Positions 19,894 to 29,114 of a DNA stretch of 64,000 nt are shown here, piece by piece. The notes under the pieces are model-generated. The model ran no database searches. It saw only the letters and a list, made by a program, of their open reading frames with translations, and was not told the DNA's origin. The stretch comes from an uncultured Gammaproteobacteria bacterium (lineage in GTDB: Bacteria > Cyanobacteriota > Vampirovibrionia > Gastranaerophilales > CAZEDP01): positions 136 through 64,135 of the forward strand of contig CAZXPD010000007.1 in the NCBI GenBank assembly GCA_964643065.1, read 5' to 3'. Position 1 is the first letter of the stretch. Every line of letters begins with the position of its first letter. Position numbers and translations under genes: made by a program.

Positions 19894-20707
19894 AAACAGA
19901 CCAATAGGAATTTTTGACTCGGGTGTGGGCGGATTAAGTGTTTTAAAGAAATTAGCCAAGGAAATGCCGTTTGAGGAATATATATATTTTGGTGACACGG
20001 CAAGAGTGCCTTACGGAGAGAAAACTCCCGAACAGCTTTATTCTTTTGTAAAGGATATTTTAGACTTCTTTAAATCAAAAAATACAAAAGCGGTGTTAAT
20101 GGCTTGTAATACCAGTTCTGCCATAGTTCTCGAAAAAATCAAAAACGAATATGATTTTTTGATTTTAGGCTTAATTGAACCCACAGCAAAATATATTGCG
20201 GGTATTGAAGCTGATAATATTGGTCTTATGGCTACAAGCGCAACAGTGAAATCCGATGCTTATGCAAAAGCAATTCATAAACTCGCACCTGATAAAGAAG
20301 TAATATCCGTTCCGTGCAAAGGACTTGTTGAAATAGTAGAAGCAGATATGGTGCATTCCAACGAATCCAAAAACCTGACCAAAAGTTATCTTAAACCGCT
20401 TTTAGATAAGAATTCACAAAAATTAATTCTCGGATGCACGCATTACCCTTTCTTGATTCCCGTTATTGACGAAATAACCGAAAGACCTGAAATGCTTATT
20501 GATCCGGCGGACTTTCTGGTTAAAGAAGCATATACTCAGCTTGCAGCCAGAAATTTATTAAAAACTAAAGGTCTCGGCGAAATTCAATATTACGTCAGTT
20601 CAAATCCTCAGGGTTTTCTAAGGACCGGAAGAAAATTTTATCCCGATTGCAAACTGCCTGAGTTGATTGATTTTTCAAAAGCTAAAGGGTTATGTAGAAA
20701 TATTTAA
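19883..20707 (+). CDS. murI: Glutamate racemase
   Basis: MDNENRPIGIFDSGVGGLSV, ACNTSS and GCTHYP motifs. The ATG at 19883 overlaps the amidase stop by 11 nt. The track start at 19856 is an upstream TTG. Confidence 0.93.
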   Translation: MDNENRPIGIFDSGVGGLSVLKKLAKEMPFEEYIYFGDTARVPYGEKTPEQLYSFVKDILDFFKSKNTKAVLMACNTSSAIVLEKIKNEYDFLILGLIEPTAKYIAGIEADNIGLMATSATVKSDAYAKAIHKLAPDKEVISVPCKGLVEIVEADMVHSNESKNLTKSYLKPLLDKNSQKLILGCTHYPFLIPVIDEITERPEMLIDPADFLVKEAYTQLAARNLLKTKGLGEIQYYVSSNPQGFLRTGRKFYPDCKLPELIDFSKAKGLCRNI

Positions 20708-20730
20708 CCGACAAAAGTTTAATTTATCCA

Positions 20731-21135
20731 TCAATTTTGTTCTTTATTTTTTAAAAATGATGAAACTTTTGCATCTAATTTTTCCATTTGATTTGCAAAA
20801 GCTTTACAATATTTGCTTTGGCGATATTGTGCCCAAATGTTAAGTTTGCTCCATGCATAATAATCGTCAGGAGCATTGTTTTTGGTTAAAAAATATTTGA
20901 GACAATATTCTCCCCAATCCATTAGGAAGATTTTACTAAGAGGATAAAATAGTAAAAAATTATCAACGTCCAATTGATTTGTATGCATTAACTTAGCAAT
21001 GGGATAAGCAATTTTGCCGGCTTCAATTACGGCAGTCGGTCCATATTTGCGTGAAGCGTCTATAATCTGTTTAGTTGTATTGCCTTGAATACTTATATTA
21101 TTATTTAGACCCGAATTTACTGTCGATATTTGCAT
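20731..21135 (-). CDS. Hypothetical protein with an Asn-rich N-terminal module (MQISTVNSGLNNNISIQGN..)
   Basis: 134-aa ORF with a strong ribosome-binding site (AAGGAAGAGGTAGGA). I see no recognisable domain. Confidence 0.6.
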   Translation of the reverse strand: MQISTVNSGLNNNISIQGNTTKQIIDASRKYGPTAVIEAGKIAYPIAKLMHTNQLDVDNFLLFYPLSKIFLMDWGEYCLKYFLTKNNAPDDYYAWSKLNIWAQYRQSKYCKAFANQMEKLDAKVSSFLKNKEQN

Positions 21136-21527
21136 TCCTACCTCTTCCTTATGAATTTATTTCATTCATGTTTTATTAAAACCGCTGAAACTAAAACATG
21201 CTATTTATTCTGAAATTTGTAAAGTTTCTTTAATAAATTGCTTATGAACTAGCAAATTTATTTTTGACAGGTTTTTAAACTTTTACCTAAATGTATTTTG
21301 AGGAAATAAATATATTTGTATCAAATGTGAACAATGGACAGAGTTTTGGCAGCGTATTTATAGTAAAAGTCAAAATTCGTGGAATTGATTTCAAAGTTTA
21401 AATGATACACAAAAGATAAAGTTATACAGATCAACCTGCATTTGTCAATTCAGAAAGAAGGAAATAATTGATAATACAAAAAAAATTCAGCTTAAACACC
21501 CAAATTTGTTTAAAGGGAATTTATATA

Positions 21528-21866
21528 ATGACAGCACAAAATCCTGCGAATCAGACTCAATTTGCCGAAACTGTCAAATCAACTCAGAGTTACAGAGATT
21601 ATCTTGCAAGAAATTACGCAGATGCTGAAGGTGCTCTGAATTGTGTTGTTTTGTCAGACAATACTGTAATTGGTCTCACCGGAAAGCATTCTTCGCGGTT
21701 TAACAAATTATTATATGAATATAGCCCGCTATTGCCAACCAATAAAAATGAATTAACCGAATTACAGGAAAAATCATTTAATCAACTCCTTGCTGAAGAA
21801 GGAAAGACATTAGCTGATACAGATATTATCCGAGTTCCTGAAGACAATATCTGGCCTTTCTGTTAA
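21528..21866 (+). CDS. Hypothetical protein (MTAQNPANQTQFAETVK..)
   Basis: An ORF in an otherwise empty region. The internal ATG at 21528 is preferred over the track start at 21468. Confidence 0.45.
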   Translation: MTAQNPANQTQFAETVKSTQSYRDYLARNYADAEGALNCVVLSDNTVIGLTGKHSSRFNKLLYEYSPLLPTNKNELTELQEKSFNQLLAEEGKTLADTDIIRVPEDNIWPFC

Positions 21867-21988
21867 TTTTGGCAACTTCTAATAATTACGGTTTAATTTC
21901 TCTAAATCTTCCATAAATTAAAAAAACCTTGTAAAATAACATGTTCTCGATAGAATTATATTGAGATACCATTTTTATTTGAGGTTAT

Positions 21989-22204
21989 ATGTCAAAGGAA
22001 GTCATCGAATTTGAAGGTACAATAATCGAATCATTGCCAAACGCTATGTTTCGTGTAGAATTAGAGAACAAACACATGGTGCTGGCTCATATATCAGGTA
22101 AGATAAGGAAGAATTTTATAAGAATACTTCCCGGGGACAAGGTAAAAGTTGAATTAACCCCTTATGACCTGTCAAGAGGGCGGATTACGTACCGAATGAA
22201 ATAA
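21989..22204 (+). CDS. infA: Translation initiation factor IF-1
   Basis: 71 aa ([52 protein letters not shown]). Confidence 0.96.
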   Translation: MSKEVIEFEGTIIESLPNAMFRVELENKHMVLAHISGKIRKNFIRILPGDKVKVELTPYDLSRGRITYRMK

Positions 22205-22238
22205 GCATAACACTTCTCATATATGAAAGGATACAACA

Positions 22239-22352
22239 GTGAAAGTCAGAACGTCAGTCAAAAAAATGTGCGACAAATGCAAGGTAATTAAAAGAAAAGG
22301 CAGAGTCGCAATAATATGCGAAAACCCAAAACATAAACAAAGACAAGGATAA
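22239..22352 (+). CDS. rpmJ: 50S ribosomal protein L36
   Basis: Hand-translated 37-aa ORF with a GTG start ([37 protein letters not shown]). It is not in the ORF track. Confidence 0.9.
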   Translation: MKVRTSVKKMCDKCKVIKRKGRVAIICENPKHKQRQG

Positions 22353-22538
22353 GGTTCAGGCTTGTCAGTTTTAAGAGCCAGCTTTTAAGCCTTAAAAATT
22401 GCAAAAAACTTGATTGTTTTTTGTCTTTTAGTTAAATTATTCTTTACGGGCAAATTTTTATATTGAGTAATTTATTTGCCTTCATACAAAAGAAAAAGCA
22501 ATAAAACCAAAATTAATAAGCAGAAGGAGCATACATAA
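22353..22538 (+). promoter_or_regulatory. Long structured rpmJ-rpsM spacer, a possible ribosomal-protein autoregulatory leader
   Basis: A 186-nt non-coding gap inside an otherwise tight operon. It contains hairpins GGCTT..AAGCC and GGCAAAT..ATTTGCC just upstream of the rpsM ribosome-binding site (AGAAGGAG). Confidence 0.3.
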
Positions 22539-22904
22539 ATGGCAAGAATCGCCGGAGTTGATTTACCAAGAAACAAAAGAATGGTTATAGCATTAACCTA
22601 TATTTACGGTATAGGACCTGCTTTTGCAGAAAAAATTCTTGCGGAGTGCCGTATTTCCGTGGATACCAAAACAGACAATCTCACGGAAGATGAAATCAAC
22701 AGACTTAGAGAACAGATTGACAAGTACACAGTTGAAGGCGACCTTCGAAGAATTGAAGGCATGAATATAAAGAGGCTAATTGAAATCAATTCATACAGAG
22801 GTCAGCGTCACCGTAAAGGGCTGCCGGTAAGAGGACAAAGAACAAAAACTAATGCCAGGACAAGAAGAGGCAAGAGATCCGGTCCTGTCTCCAAGAAAAA
22901 ATAA
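22539..22904 (+). CDS. rpsM: 30S ribosomal protein S13
   Basis: 121 aa ([14 protein letters not shown]..). Confidence 0.97.
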   Translation: MARIAGVDLPRNKRMVIALTYIYGIGPAFAEKILAECRISVDTKTDNLTEDEINRLREQIDKYTVEGDLRRIEGMNIKRLIEINSYRGQRHRKGLPVRGQRTKTNARTRRGKRSGPVSKKK

Positions 22905-22929
22905 TAAAACAGGAGAATAATAAACTATC

Positions 22930-23325
22930 ATGGCAAAAGCATCAGCTAAATCCAAAGTAAAGAAAAAAGAAAAAAAGAACATACTTCAGGGTAGAGTTCA
23001 TATTCAATCTACATTCAACAATACAATAGTTACGTCAACTGATATGATAGGAAACGCAATAGCTTGGGCTAGTGCAGGAACAAGCGCGTTCAAAGGCGCA
23101 AGAAAAGGGACACCTTTTGCAGCACAGTCCGCGGCTGAGACTGTTGCGAAAAAATCTATCGATCAGGGGATGAAGACGGTAGAAGTTTACGTTAACGGAC
23201 CGGGTTCAGGCAGAGAAACAGCTATCAGGGCTATACAGGCTGCCGGTCTTGAAATTACACTTATTAAAGACGTAACAAGAATACCACACAACGGATGCCG
23301 TCCCCCTAAAAAGAGAAGAGTATAA
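22930..23325 (+). CDS. rpsK: 30S ribosomal protein S11
   Basis: 131 aa (..[19 protein letters not shown]...W.SAG..FKG.RK.TPFAAQ..). Confidence 0.97.
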   Translation: MAKASAKSKVKKKEKKNILQGRVHIQSTFNNTIVTSTDMIGNAIAWASAGTSAFKGARKGTPFAAQSAAETVAKKSIDQGMKTVEVYVNGPGSGRETAIRAIQAAGLEITLIKDVTRIPHNGCRPPKKRRV

Positions 23326-23355
23326 TTCCCAATCTGAGAAATAAGGAGAACACAA

Positions 23356-23976
23356 TTGGCAAGATATACAGGACCGGTATGTAAATTATGCAGAAACGAA
23401 AATGAAAAACTGTTTCTCAAGGGAAACAGATGTTATTCTGCAAAATGTGCAATGTCACGCAGACCTTTCGGTTCAGGTCAACACGGCAAATCAAGAAAAA
23501 AATTGTCTGAGTATGCAACACATTTGAGAGAAAAGCAAAAAGTCAGACATTCTTATTTAATACTTGAAAAACAGTTTGCGAAATATTTTGATCAAGCTTC
23601 CCACAAGAAGGGAGTAACGGGTACGTTACTTCTTCAAATGCTTGAATCGAGATTAGATAACGTAATGTTTGCGTCAGGATTTGTTGCAGGTAAAAAACAG
23701 GCAAGACAGCTCATCAGACACAGACATTTCATAGTCAACGGCAGAATTGTTGACATACCTTCATACAGGCTCAAAGCAGGTGATGAAATATCTGTTAAGG
23801 TTGCAAGTCAAAAACTTATTAAAGAAATAATCGAATCCAATGCTCTTACACCAGAGCCACAGTGGCTGAGCGTTGACAGAAATGATTTAAAAATAAAGGT
23901 AATTGCGCTCCCTGAAAGAGATCAAATAAATCCTTCATTCAAAGAGCAGTTAATCATTGAATACTATTCTAAATAG
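23356..23976 (+). CDS. rpsD: 30S ribosomal protein S4 (zinc-finger type)
   Basis: 206 aa with a TTG start (MARYTGPVCKLCRNENEKLFLKGNRCYSAKC) and an S4 RNA-binding domain. Confidence 0.96.
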   Translation: MARYTGPVCKLCRNENEKLFLKGNRCYSAKCAMSRRPFGSGQHGKSRKKLSEYATHLREKQKVRHSYLILEKQFAKYFDQASHKKGVTGTLLLQMLESRLDNVMFASGFVAGKKQARQLIRHRHFIVNGRIVDIPSYRLKAGDEISVKVASQKLIKEIIESNALTPEPQWLSVDRNDLKIKVIALPERDQINPSFKEQLIIEYYSK

Positions 23977-24007
23977 TTAGAGATATTTTGGAGGAAAAAT
24001 ACCAGTT

Positions 24008-24997
24008 ATGGATTTAAAGATAAGATGTATCAATACAACAACAGACTCAGACGGTACAATATATGGCAAGTTTGCAATTGAGCCGTTAGAAAGAGGCTAC
24101 GGGACAACAATCGGCAACTCATTAAGACGCGTGCTGCTCTCTGGTCTTGAAGGCGCAGCAGTCACTTCGGTAAGAATTGAAGGTATAACTCACGAGTATA
24201 CATCCATACCGGGAGTTGTCGAAGACGTAATTGATATCATGCTCAATTTAAAAGGGCTTGTTATTAAGTCAGAAAGCAAAGAACCGCAGCATTTGAGACT
24301 CGACGTTGACCGCAGCGGTCCTGTTTTCGCTTCTGATATTCAACTTCCTGCCGGAGTCAAAATCGTAAATCCGGACTGGATTATAGCCACCATAGCAGAA
24401 GGCGGCGGACTGCATGCTGATATAGTTGTAGAAACAGGAAAAGGCTATCTTACATCAGACGTATTAAAAGACAGCAAATCCGCGATGCCAATTGACATGT
24501 TGCCGATTGACGCAGCATTTATGCCTGTAAGAAGAGTCAGCTACACGGTTGAAAACACACGCGTTGGACAAATCACAGACTATGACAAACTCATATTAGA
24601 AATCTGGACAAACGGCAGTATTGATGTAACAACGGCATTAAGCTCTGCAGCAAATCTTCTTATAGAACACTTTGTTCCGATGGCTCAATTATCAGGTCCC
24701 GCAGCAATGGTAGGTACAGTACCCGTTGTACCGGAACCAAAAGCAGAACCTCAAACACCTACAATCGGAATTGAAGAACTGGAACTTTCAGTTCGAGCTT
24801 ATAACTGTTTAAAACGCGCAAGTATTAATTCCTTAACAGAATTGCTTGTGAAATCAGAGCATGATTTGCTCAATATAAAGAACTTCGGTAAAAAATCAGC
24901 TGACGAAGTTATTGAAAAGCTTCACCTTTTTGGTTTAAAGCTCGCTCCAAATCCCGAACCTGTTGAAGGTGAAGAGGAAGAAGAAGCTGTTTCGTAA
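24008..24997 (+). CDS. rpoA: DNA-directed RNA polymerase subunit alpha
   Basis: 329 aa with an N-terminal assembly domain and a C-terminal domain (IEELELSVRAYNCLKRA.I..L.EL). Confidence 0.97.
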   Translation: MDLKIRCINTTTDSDGTIYGKFAIEPLERGYGTTIGNSLRRVLLSGLEGAAVTSVRIEGITHEYTSIPGVVEDVIDIMLNLKGLVIKSESKEPQHLRLDVDRSGPVFASDIQLPAGVKIVNPDWIIATIAEGGGLHADIVVETGKGYLTSDVLKDSKSAMPIDMLPIDAAFMPVRRVSYTVENTRVGQITDYDKLILEIWTNGSIDVTTALSSAANLLIEHFVPMAQLSGPAAMVGTVPVVPEPKAEPQTPTIGIEELELSVRAYNCLKRASINSLTELLVKSEHDLLNIKNFGKKSADEVIEKLHLFGLKLAPNPEPVEGEEEEEAVS

Positions 24998-25025
24998 ATT
25001 AACAACAAATTAGGAAAGATAAAAA

Positions 25026-25478
25026 ATGAGACACCAGTGCAAAAGACATCAATTGAACAGACCGCAGGATCAGAGAAAAGCTCTGTTAAAATCATTAGCG
25101 ACATCTCTGTTCACATATGATGAAATAACGACAACAATGGCAAAAGCTAAGGCTTTGAAAGAATATGCAGAACACATTATCACAATCAGCAAAAATGATG
25201 ATGTTCATTCAAGAAGACAAGCATTGAAATATATCCATGACCTTTCAACAGGTTATGCAATATGTTCAAAATGCGGTAAAACCGTTTCCACTGCTGAACT
25301 CAAAGACGATAAAGCTTGTGAATGCGGCGAAAAAATGATGGACATGACAGTACTTCGCAAACTGTTTTCAAAAATTGCAAAAAATTATGAAAACAGAAAC
25401 GGCGGATATACAAGAATTTACAGATTGCCACCAAGACGCGGAGACGCATCAGAAATGGCGTTAATTCAGTTAGTATAA
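25026..25478 (+). CDS. rplQ: 50S ribosomal protein L17 with an internal Cys4 insertion
   Basis: L17 termini are present (MRHQCKRHQLNRPQDQRKALL.. and ..NGGYTRIYRLPPRRGDASEMALIQLV). An extra segment of ~35 aa contains C80-x2-C83-x14-C98-x-C100. Confidence 0.9.
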   Translation: MRHQCKRHQLNRPQDQRKALLKSLATSLFTYDEITTTMAKAKALKEYAEHIITISKNDDVHSRRQALKYIHDLSTGYAICSKCGKTVSTAELKDDKACECGEKMMDMTVLRKLFSKIAKNYENRNGGYTRIYRLPPRRGDASEMALIQLV

Positions 25479-25484
25479 AAGAAA

Positions 25485-26348
25485 ATGCCATATACCGAAA
25501 CAAAAATTGAAAGCTTGACAGGAGAATCTTTATTAAGATTCTCCCAACGCTATGCAATGATTGTTGAATATAACGGTTATGGATACAGCGGCAGTCAAAA
25601 ACAGTTAAATGCCCGAACAATCCAATCTGAAGTCGAAGAAGCCATTTTAAAAATCACGGGCATAGTTACTAAGACTGTATTTTCAGGCAGAACGGACAGC
25701 AAAGTCAATTCAAAAGGACAAACTGTTCATTTCGATCTGCCTTACAAAGCAAATATCAACAAACTACTCTATTCTTTAAATTCAGTACTGCCTGCGGATA
25801 TTGCGGTAAGAGAGATTATTGAAACCGACAGAGATTTCCACGCTCAAAAGAGTGCTAATTGGAAATGGTATCGGTACACCATTTTCAACAGAAGAGAAAA
25901 ATCGGTCTTTCATAACCATTCCTCATTGCATGTTACGCAGAAGCTCAATGTTGCTGAAATGAACAAGGCATTGCAATTTCTTATCGGAGAACACGATTTT
26001 TCGGCGTTCAAAAGTTCGGGAGGCAGTGTACCGGGTACTATCTGCAACATGATGAGCGCACAGTGTTTTAGTGAAGAAGATTTCATTCACATTGACATTG
26101 TTGCGAACCGTTTTTTATATAACATGATTAGAATTATTGCAGGAACTCTTGTAGAAATTGGTTCAGGCAATTCTAATGCGGAGTATATGCAGGAAGTTCT
26201 CAATTCAAAGGATAGAAAAACAGCGGGTAAAACGGCAAGACCTGAAGCATTGACGTTAATGTCCGTAGGTTATAACATGAAATATAATTTCGAAACATTA
26301 AATAAGGAGAAAGCAAACAATGAAATCCTATTGCGCAAAGCCTCATGA
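25485..26348 (+). CDS. truA: tRNA pseudouridine(38-40) synthase
   Basis: 287 aa (..[12 protein letters not shown].., GRTDSKV catalytic Asp, RFLYNMIR). It overlaps rplM by 29 nt. Confidence 0.9.
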   Translation: MPYTETKIESLTGESLLRFSQRYAMIVEYNGYGYSGSQKQLNARTIQSEVEEAILKITGIVTKTVFSGRTDSKVNSKGQTVHFDLPYKANINKLLYSLNSVLPADIAVREIIETDRDFHAQKSANWKWYRYTIFNRREKSVFHNHSSLHVTQKLNVAEMNKALQFLIGEHDFSAFKSSGGSVPGTICNMMSAQCFSEEDFIHIDIVANRFLYNMIRIIAGTLVEIGSGNSNAEYMQEVLNSKDRKTAGKTARPEALTLMSVGYNMKYNFETLNKEKANNEILLRKAS

Positions 26349-26763
26349 GGTTGAAGCAAAATGGTATTTAATAGATGCGGAAGGACAAACGCTCGGGCGT
26401 CTTGCATCATTAATTGCCGATATACTTCGGGGCAAAAATAAACCTCAATACACACCGCACATTGACACAGGCGATTTTGTCATTGTCATTAATGCCGAGA
26501 AAATTAAAGTATCGGGCAAAAAAGAAACCGATAAACTCTATCGCAGTCACTCAGGATATCCTGGCGGATTTAAAGAAATCAGTTTTAAAGACCTTCTTGC
26601 AAAATCACCGGAAAGAGTTCTTGAGAAAGCAGTTCGTGGTATGATTCCTCATAACACACTGGGTGAACAGCAATATATGAAGTTAAAAGTTTATGCAGGA
26701 CCAAATCACCCGCATGAAGCCCAAAAACCGATAGAATACAAACAAGTGGAGGTTAATAAATAA
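26320..26763 (+). CDS. rplM: 50S ribosomal protein L13
   Basis: 147 aa ([45 protein letters not shown]). Confidence 0.95.
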   Translation: MKSYCAKPHEVEAKWYLIDAEGQTLGRLASLIADILRGKNKPQYTPHIDTGDFVIVINAEKIKVSGKKETDKLYRSHSGYPGGFKEISFKDLLAKSPERVLEKAVRGMIPHNTLGEQQYMKLKVYAGPNHPHEAQKPIEYKQVEVNK

Positions 26764-27158
26764 TGCCGGATACAAATAATTGTGGAGTTGGTCGCAGAAA
26801 GACCGCAATAGCAAGAGTTAAATTAGTCCCCGGTAAGGGAAAAGTTATTATAAATAACAGAACAATCAAGGATTATTTCGGAAACCGTTCTGCATTGGAA
26901 ATGATGGTTTATCAGCCGTTAGTGCTTACCAAGAACGAAACAACATTTGATGTTAAAGTTAAAGTTGTCGGAGGCGGCGTCAGCTCACAAGCCGGAGCTA
27001 TCAGACACGGTATTTCTAGAGCTTTGCTTCTTGTAGCAGATGAAAATAAACCCATTCTCAAGACAGAAGGACTTTTGACGAGAGACGCAAGAGAAAAAGA
27101 ACGTAAAAAATACGGCAGAAAAAGAGCCAGAAAACGCTTCCAGTTCTCGAAACGTTAA
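26763..27158 (+). CDS. rpsI: 30S ribosomal protein S9
   Basis: 131 aa ending ..[27 protein letters not shown]. It overlaps the rplM stop (TAATG). Confidence 0.96.
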   Translation: MPDTNNCGVGRRKTAIARVKLVPGKGKVIINNRTIKDYFGNRSALEMMVYQPLVLTKNETTFDVKVKVVGGGVSSQAGAIRHGISRALLLVADENKPILKTEGLLTRDAREKERKKYGRKRARKRFQFSKR

Positions 27159-27170
27159 GTATTTATCAAA

Positions 27171-27197
27171 AAACCTCCCGTTTGGGAGGTTTTTAGT
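27171..27197. terminator. Bidirectional intrinsic terminator between rpsI and the convergent hypothetical gene
   Basis: AAACCTCCC-GTTT-GGGAGGTTT with flanking A and T runs. Confidence 0.75.
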
Positions 27198-27849
27198 TTA
27201 TATACAATGGTCTGTCACTTTTAAACTTTCCCCCGGTCATTATCAAACAACCGCGTTCATTAATTATAGGTAGTCCCTTTGACATTTCAACAAACAGTTC
27301 TTTAATTACCGACCATTTTTCGCTAGCGCGGCTTAGGTCTATATTTTCCGTCAAAAGCATCTTTCTTTTGACTGGTATAACTTTTATGCGATAATCTTGC
27401 GGTATAAGAATATTTACGCATTGGGACAATATTCCTGTACTCATATCATAAACATAATGGCAATCATTTTTGCCTGTAATATCTTTTATTTGAAGATGCA
27501 CTTGGTTATCTTTAACAAAATTAAAAGAAATAATATTATCTGCAATTTCGCTAAATCCGCTATCCATGATATTCGCAACTTTTTCACTGTGCTGAGGTTG
27601 ACTAATAATACGGGCTATCATAGCCTGTATCGTCTCCGGTCTCATGGTTTTATGCTCTTGGGAATATAATAAATCTATATTAATGCAGATTTTTAAGAGT
27701 TTTGTAATTTCATCAATAATTAAATCAGACTGTTTGGGATACTTTTTACAAAACTCGCTTACCGGAACAGCCCCAAATATAATATTTCTATTGCAGTTAT
27801 TTGCAGAATTTGCATTTGATCGATTTTTATTAATAAGAGAAACTTGCAT
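27193..27849 (-). CDS. Hypothetical protein carrying the shared N-terminal module (MQVSLINKNRSNANSANNCNRNIIFGAVPV..)
   Basis: 218-aa ORF that is monocistronic. Its N-terminal 30 aa match the module seen in other ORFs of this window. Confidence 0.6.
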   Translation of the reverse strand: MQVSLINKNRSNANSANNCNRNIIFGAVPVSEFCKKYPKQSDLIIDEITKLLKICINIDLLYSQEHKTMRPETIQAMIARIISQPQHSEKVANIMDSGFSEIADNIISFNFVKDNQVHLQIKDITGKNDCHYVYDMSTGILSQCVNILIPQDYRIKVIPVKRKMLLTENIDLSRASEKWSVIKELFVEMSKGLPIINERGCLIMTGGKFKSDRPLYIN

Positions 27850-28021
27850 AATTATGTACGAAAATTTACGATTTTATCTTCATGCTTCTATAAAACACAA
27901 AATCAAAAATAATTGCTTTTTGGCATCTTATGTTTACATTTCTTAATTGCTGTGGATTTACACGGGCAGTTATTATATGCTTTTAAAAGACTAAGCCTAT
28001 AATTTGATTTTCAGGATATAA

Positions 28022-29104
28022 ATGAAACAAATACTCGACTACTCAAAGCTCTTTGATATTCTTAGAGATGTATATTCCGCTTTACCTTGTTATTTAGGAC
28101 ACGGTCATTCTTTTCCGCCTCTCAGATATTCACTTGAGCTGACCTACAAATGCAACCTGAACTGTCCCTTTTGCTATATCGGCGAATCAAGGAACAAAAA
28201 CGAACTAAACCCTGAGGAATGGCTGAATCTAATAAAACAAATTCCGCCGTGGAGTCTGATTACTCTAGTGGGAGGCGAACCTCTCGCAAGAAAAGATTTC
28301 CCGGAAATCTTTTCCGCTGCGGCAAGAAGAGCAAAAGTAAACGTGGTAACTAACGGTGTTCTTTTAAATGAAGATATTATTGATCTTTTTATTAGTAGCA
28401 AGCTCTTATTGCTTAGCGTCTCTCTTGACGGTTACGGTAAAAATCATGACAAGAACCGCGGGAAAGAAGGCATATTTGAAACTATCATGAGCAATCTTGA
28501 AAAACTCAATTCTAAAAGGCAGGGTAAGAATCGCCCAATGGTGGATATTAAGACAATTGTTCTTGAAAACAACCTTGATGATTTGATAAAAATTTACAAA
28601 CTATGCGCTGAAATGAATTTTGAATTTATGTCCATAGCATTTCTCAGGGCAAATAATTTAAAACAAAATTCAGTCCTTAGAGAGAGCTTTGGTGAAGAGT
28701 TTTATAAAACTCAATATGATATCAAACCGTATTTTGATATCGAGCATTTTAAGGAGGTTTATAAAGAGCTCAACGCACTTTCAAATAAAGCTACGACAAC
28801 TGTCAGATTCGCTCCAAAATTTCCTTCAAATAATGAACTGAACCAAATAGAGAAATTTTTTGCAAATAGTGACAAGTGCGAGTCAGAAATTTATAATCCA
28901 TGCCTTTATCCATGGTCTAATATTCATATAAACCCTGAAGGTGATATCTATCCCTGTTTAGCATATAAAATAGGTAATGTAAGAAATACGGGCATCATGG
29001 AAGTATGGAACAGCAGGAAATTCGCTAATTTTAGAAACAAACTTAAGAAACAAAAAGTATTTTCGGCATGCCAAATGTGCTGTGAACTTAAGGTAAAGAA
29101 GTAA
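28022..29104 (+). CDS. Radical SAM enzyme with a C-terminal SPASM/twitch-like Cys cluster
   Basis: 360 aa with CNLNCPFC (CxxxCxxC) and a GGEPL motif. C-terminal cysteines lie at CLYPWSNIHINPEGDIYPC ... CQMCC. Confidence 0.85.
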   Translation: MKQILDYSKLFDILRDVYSALPCYLGHGHSFPPLRYSLELTYKCNLNCPFCYIGESRNKNELNPEEWLNLIKQIPPWSLITLVGGEPLARKDFPEIFSAAARRAKVNVVTNGVLLNEDIIDLFISSKLLLLSVSLDGYGKNHDKNRGKEGIFETIMSNLEKLNSKRQGKNRPMVDIKTIVLENNLDDLIKIYKLCAEMNFEFMSIAFLRANNLKQNSVLRESFGEEFYKTQYDIKPYFDIEHFKEVYKELNALSNKATTTVRFAPKFPSNNELNQIEKFFANSDKCESEIYNPCLYPWSNIHINPEGDIYPCLAYKIGNVRNTGIMEVWNSRKFANFRNKLKKQKVFSACQMCCELKVKK

Positions 29105-29114
29105 AGCTAAAATT

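Noticed and set aside
27930-27986. 18-codon Cys-containing micro-ORF (MFTFLNCCGFTRAVIICF) just upstream of the radical SAM pair
   Set aside because: It has no Shine-Dalgarno sequence, is very short, and sits in AT-rich promoter DNA. I mention it only as something to test for conservation and do not call it a gene.
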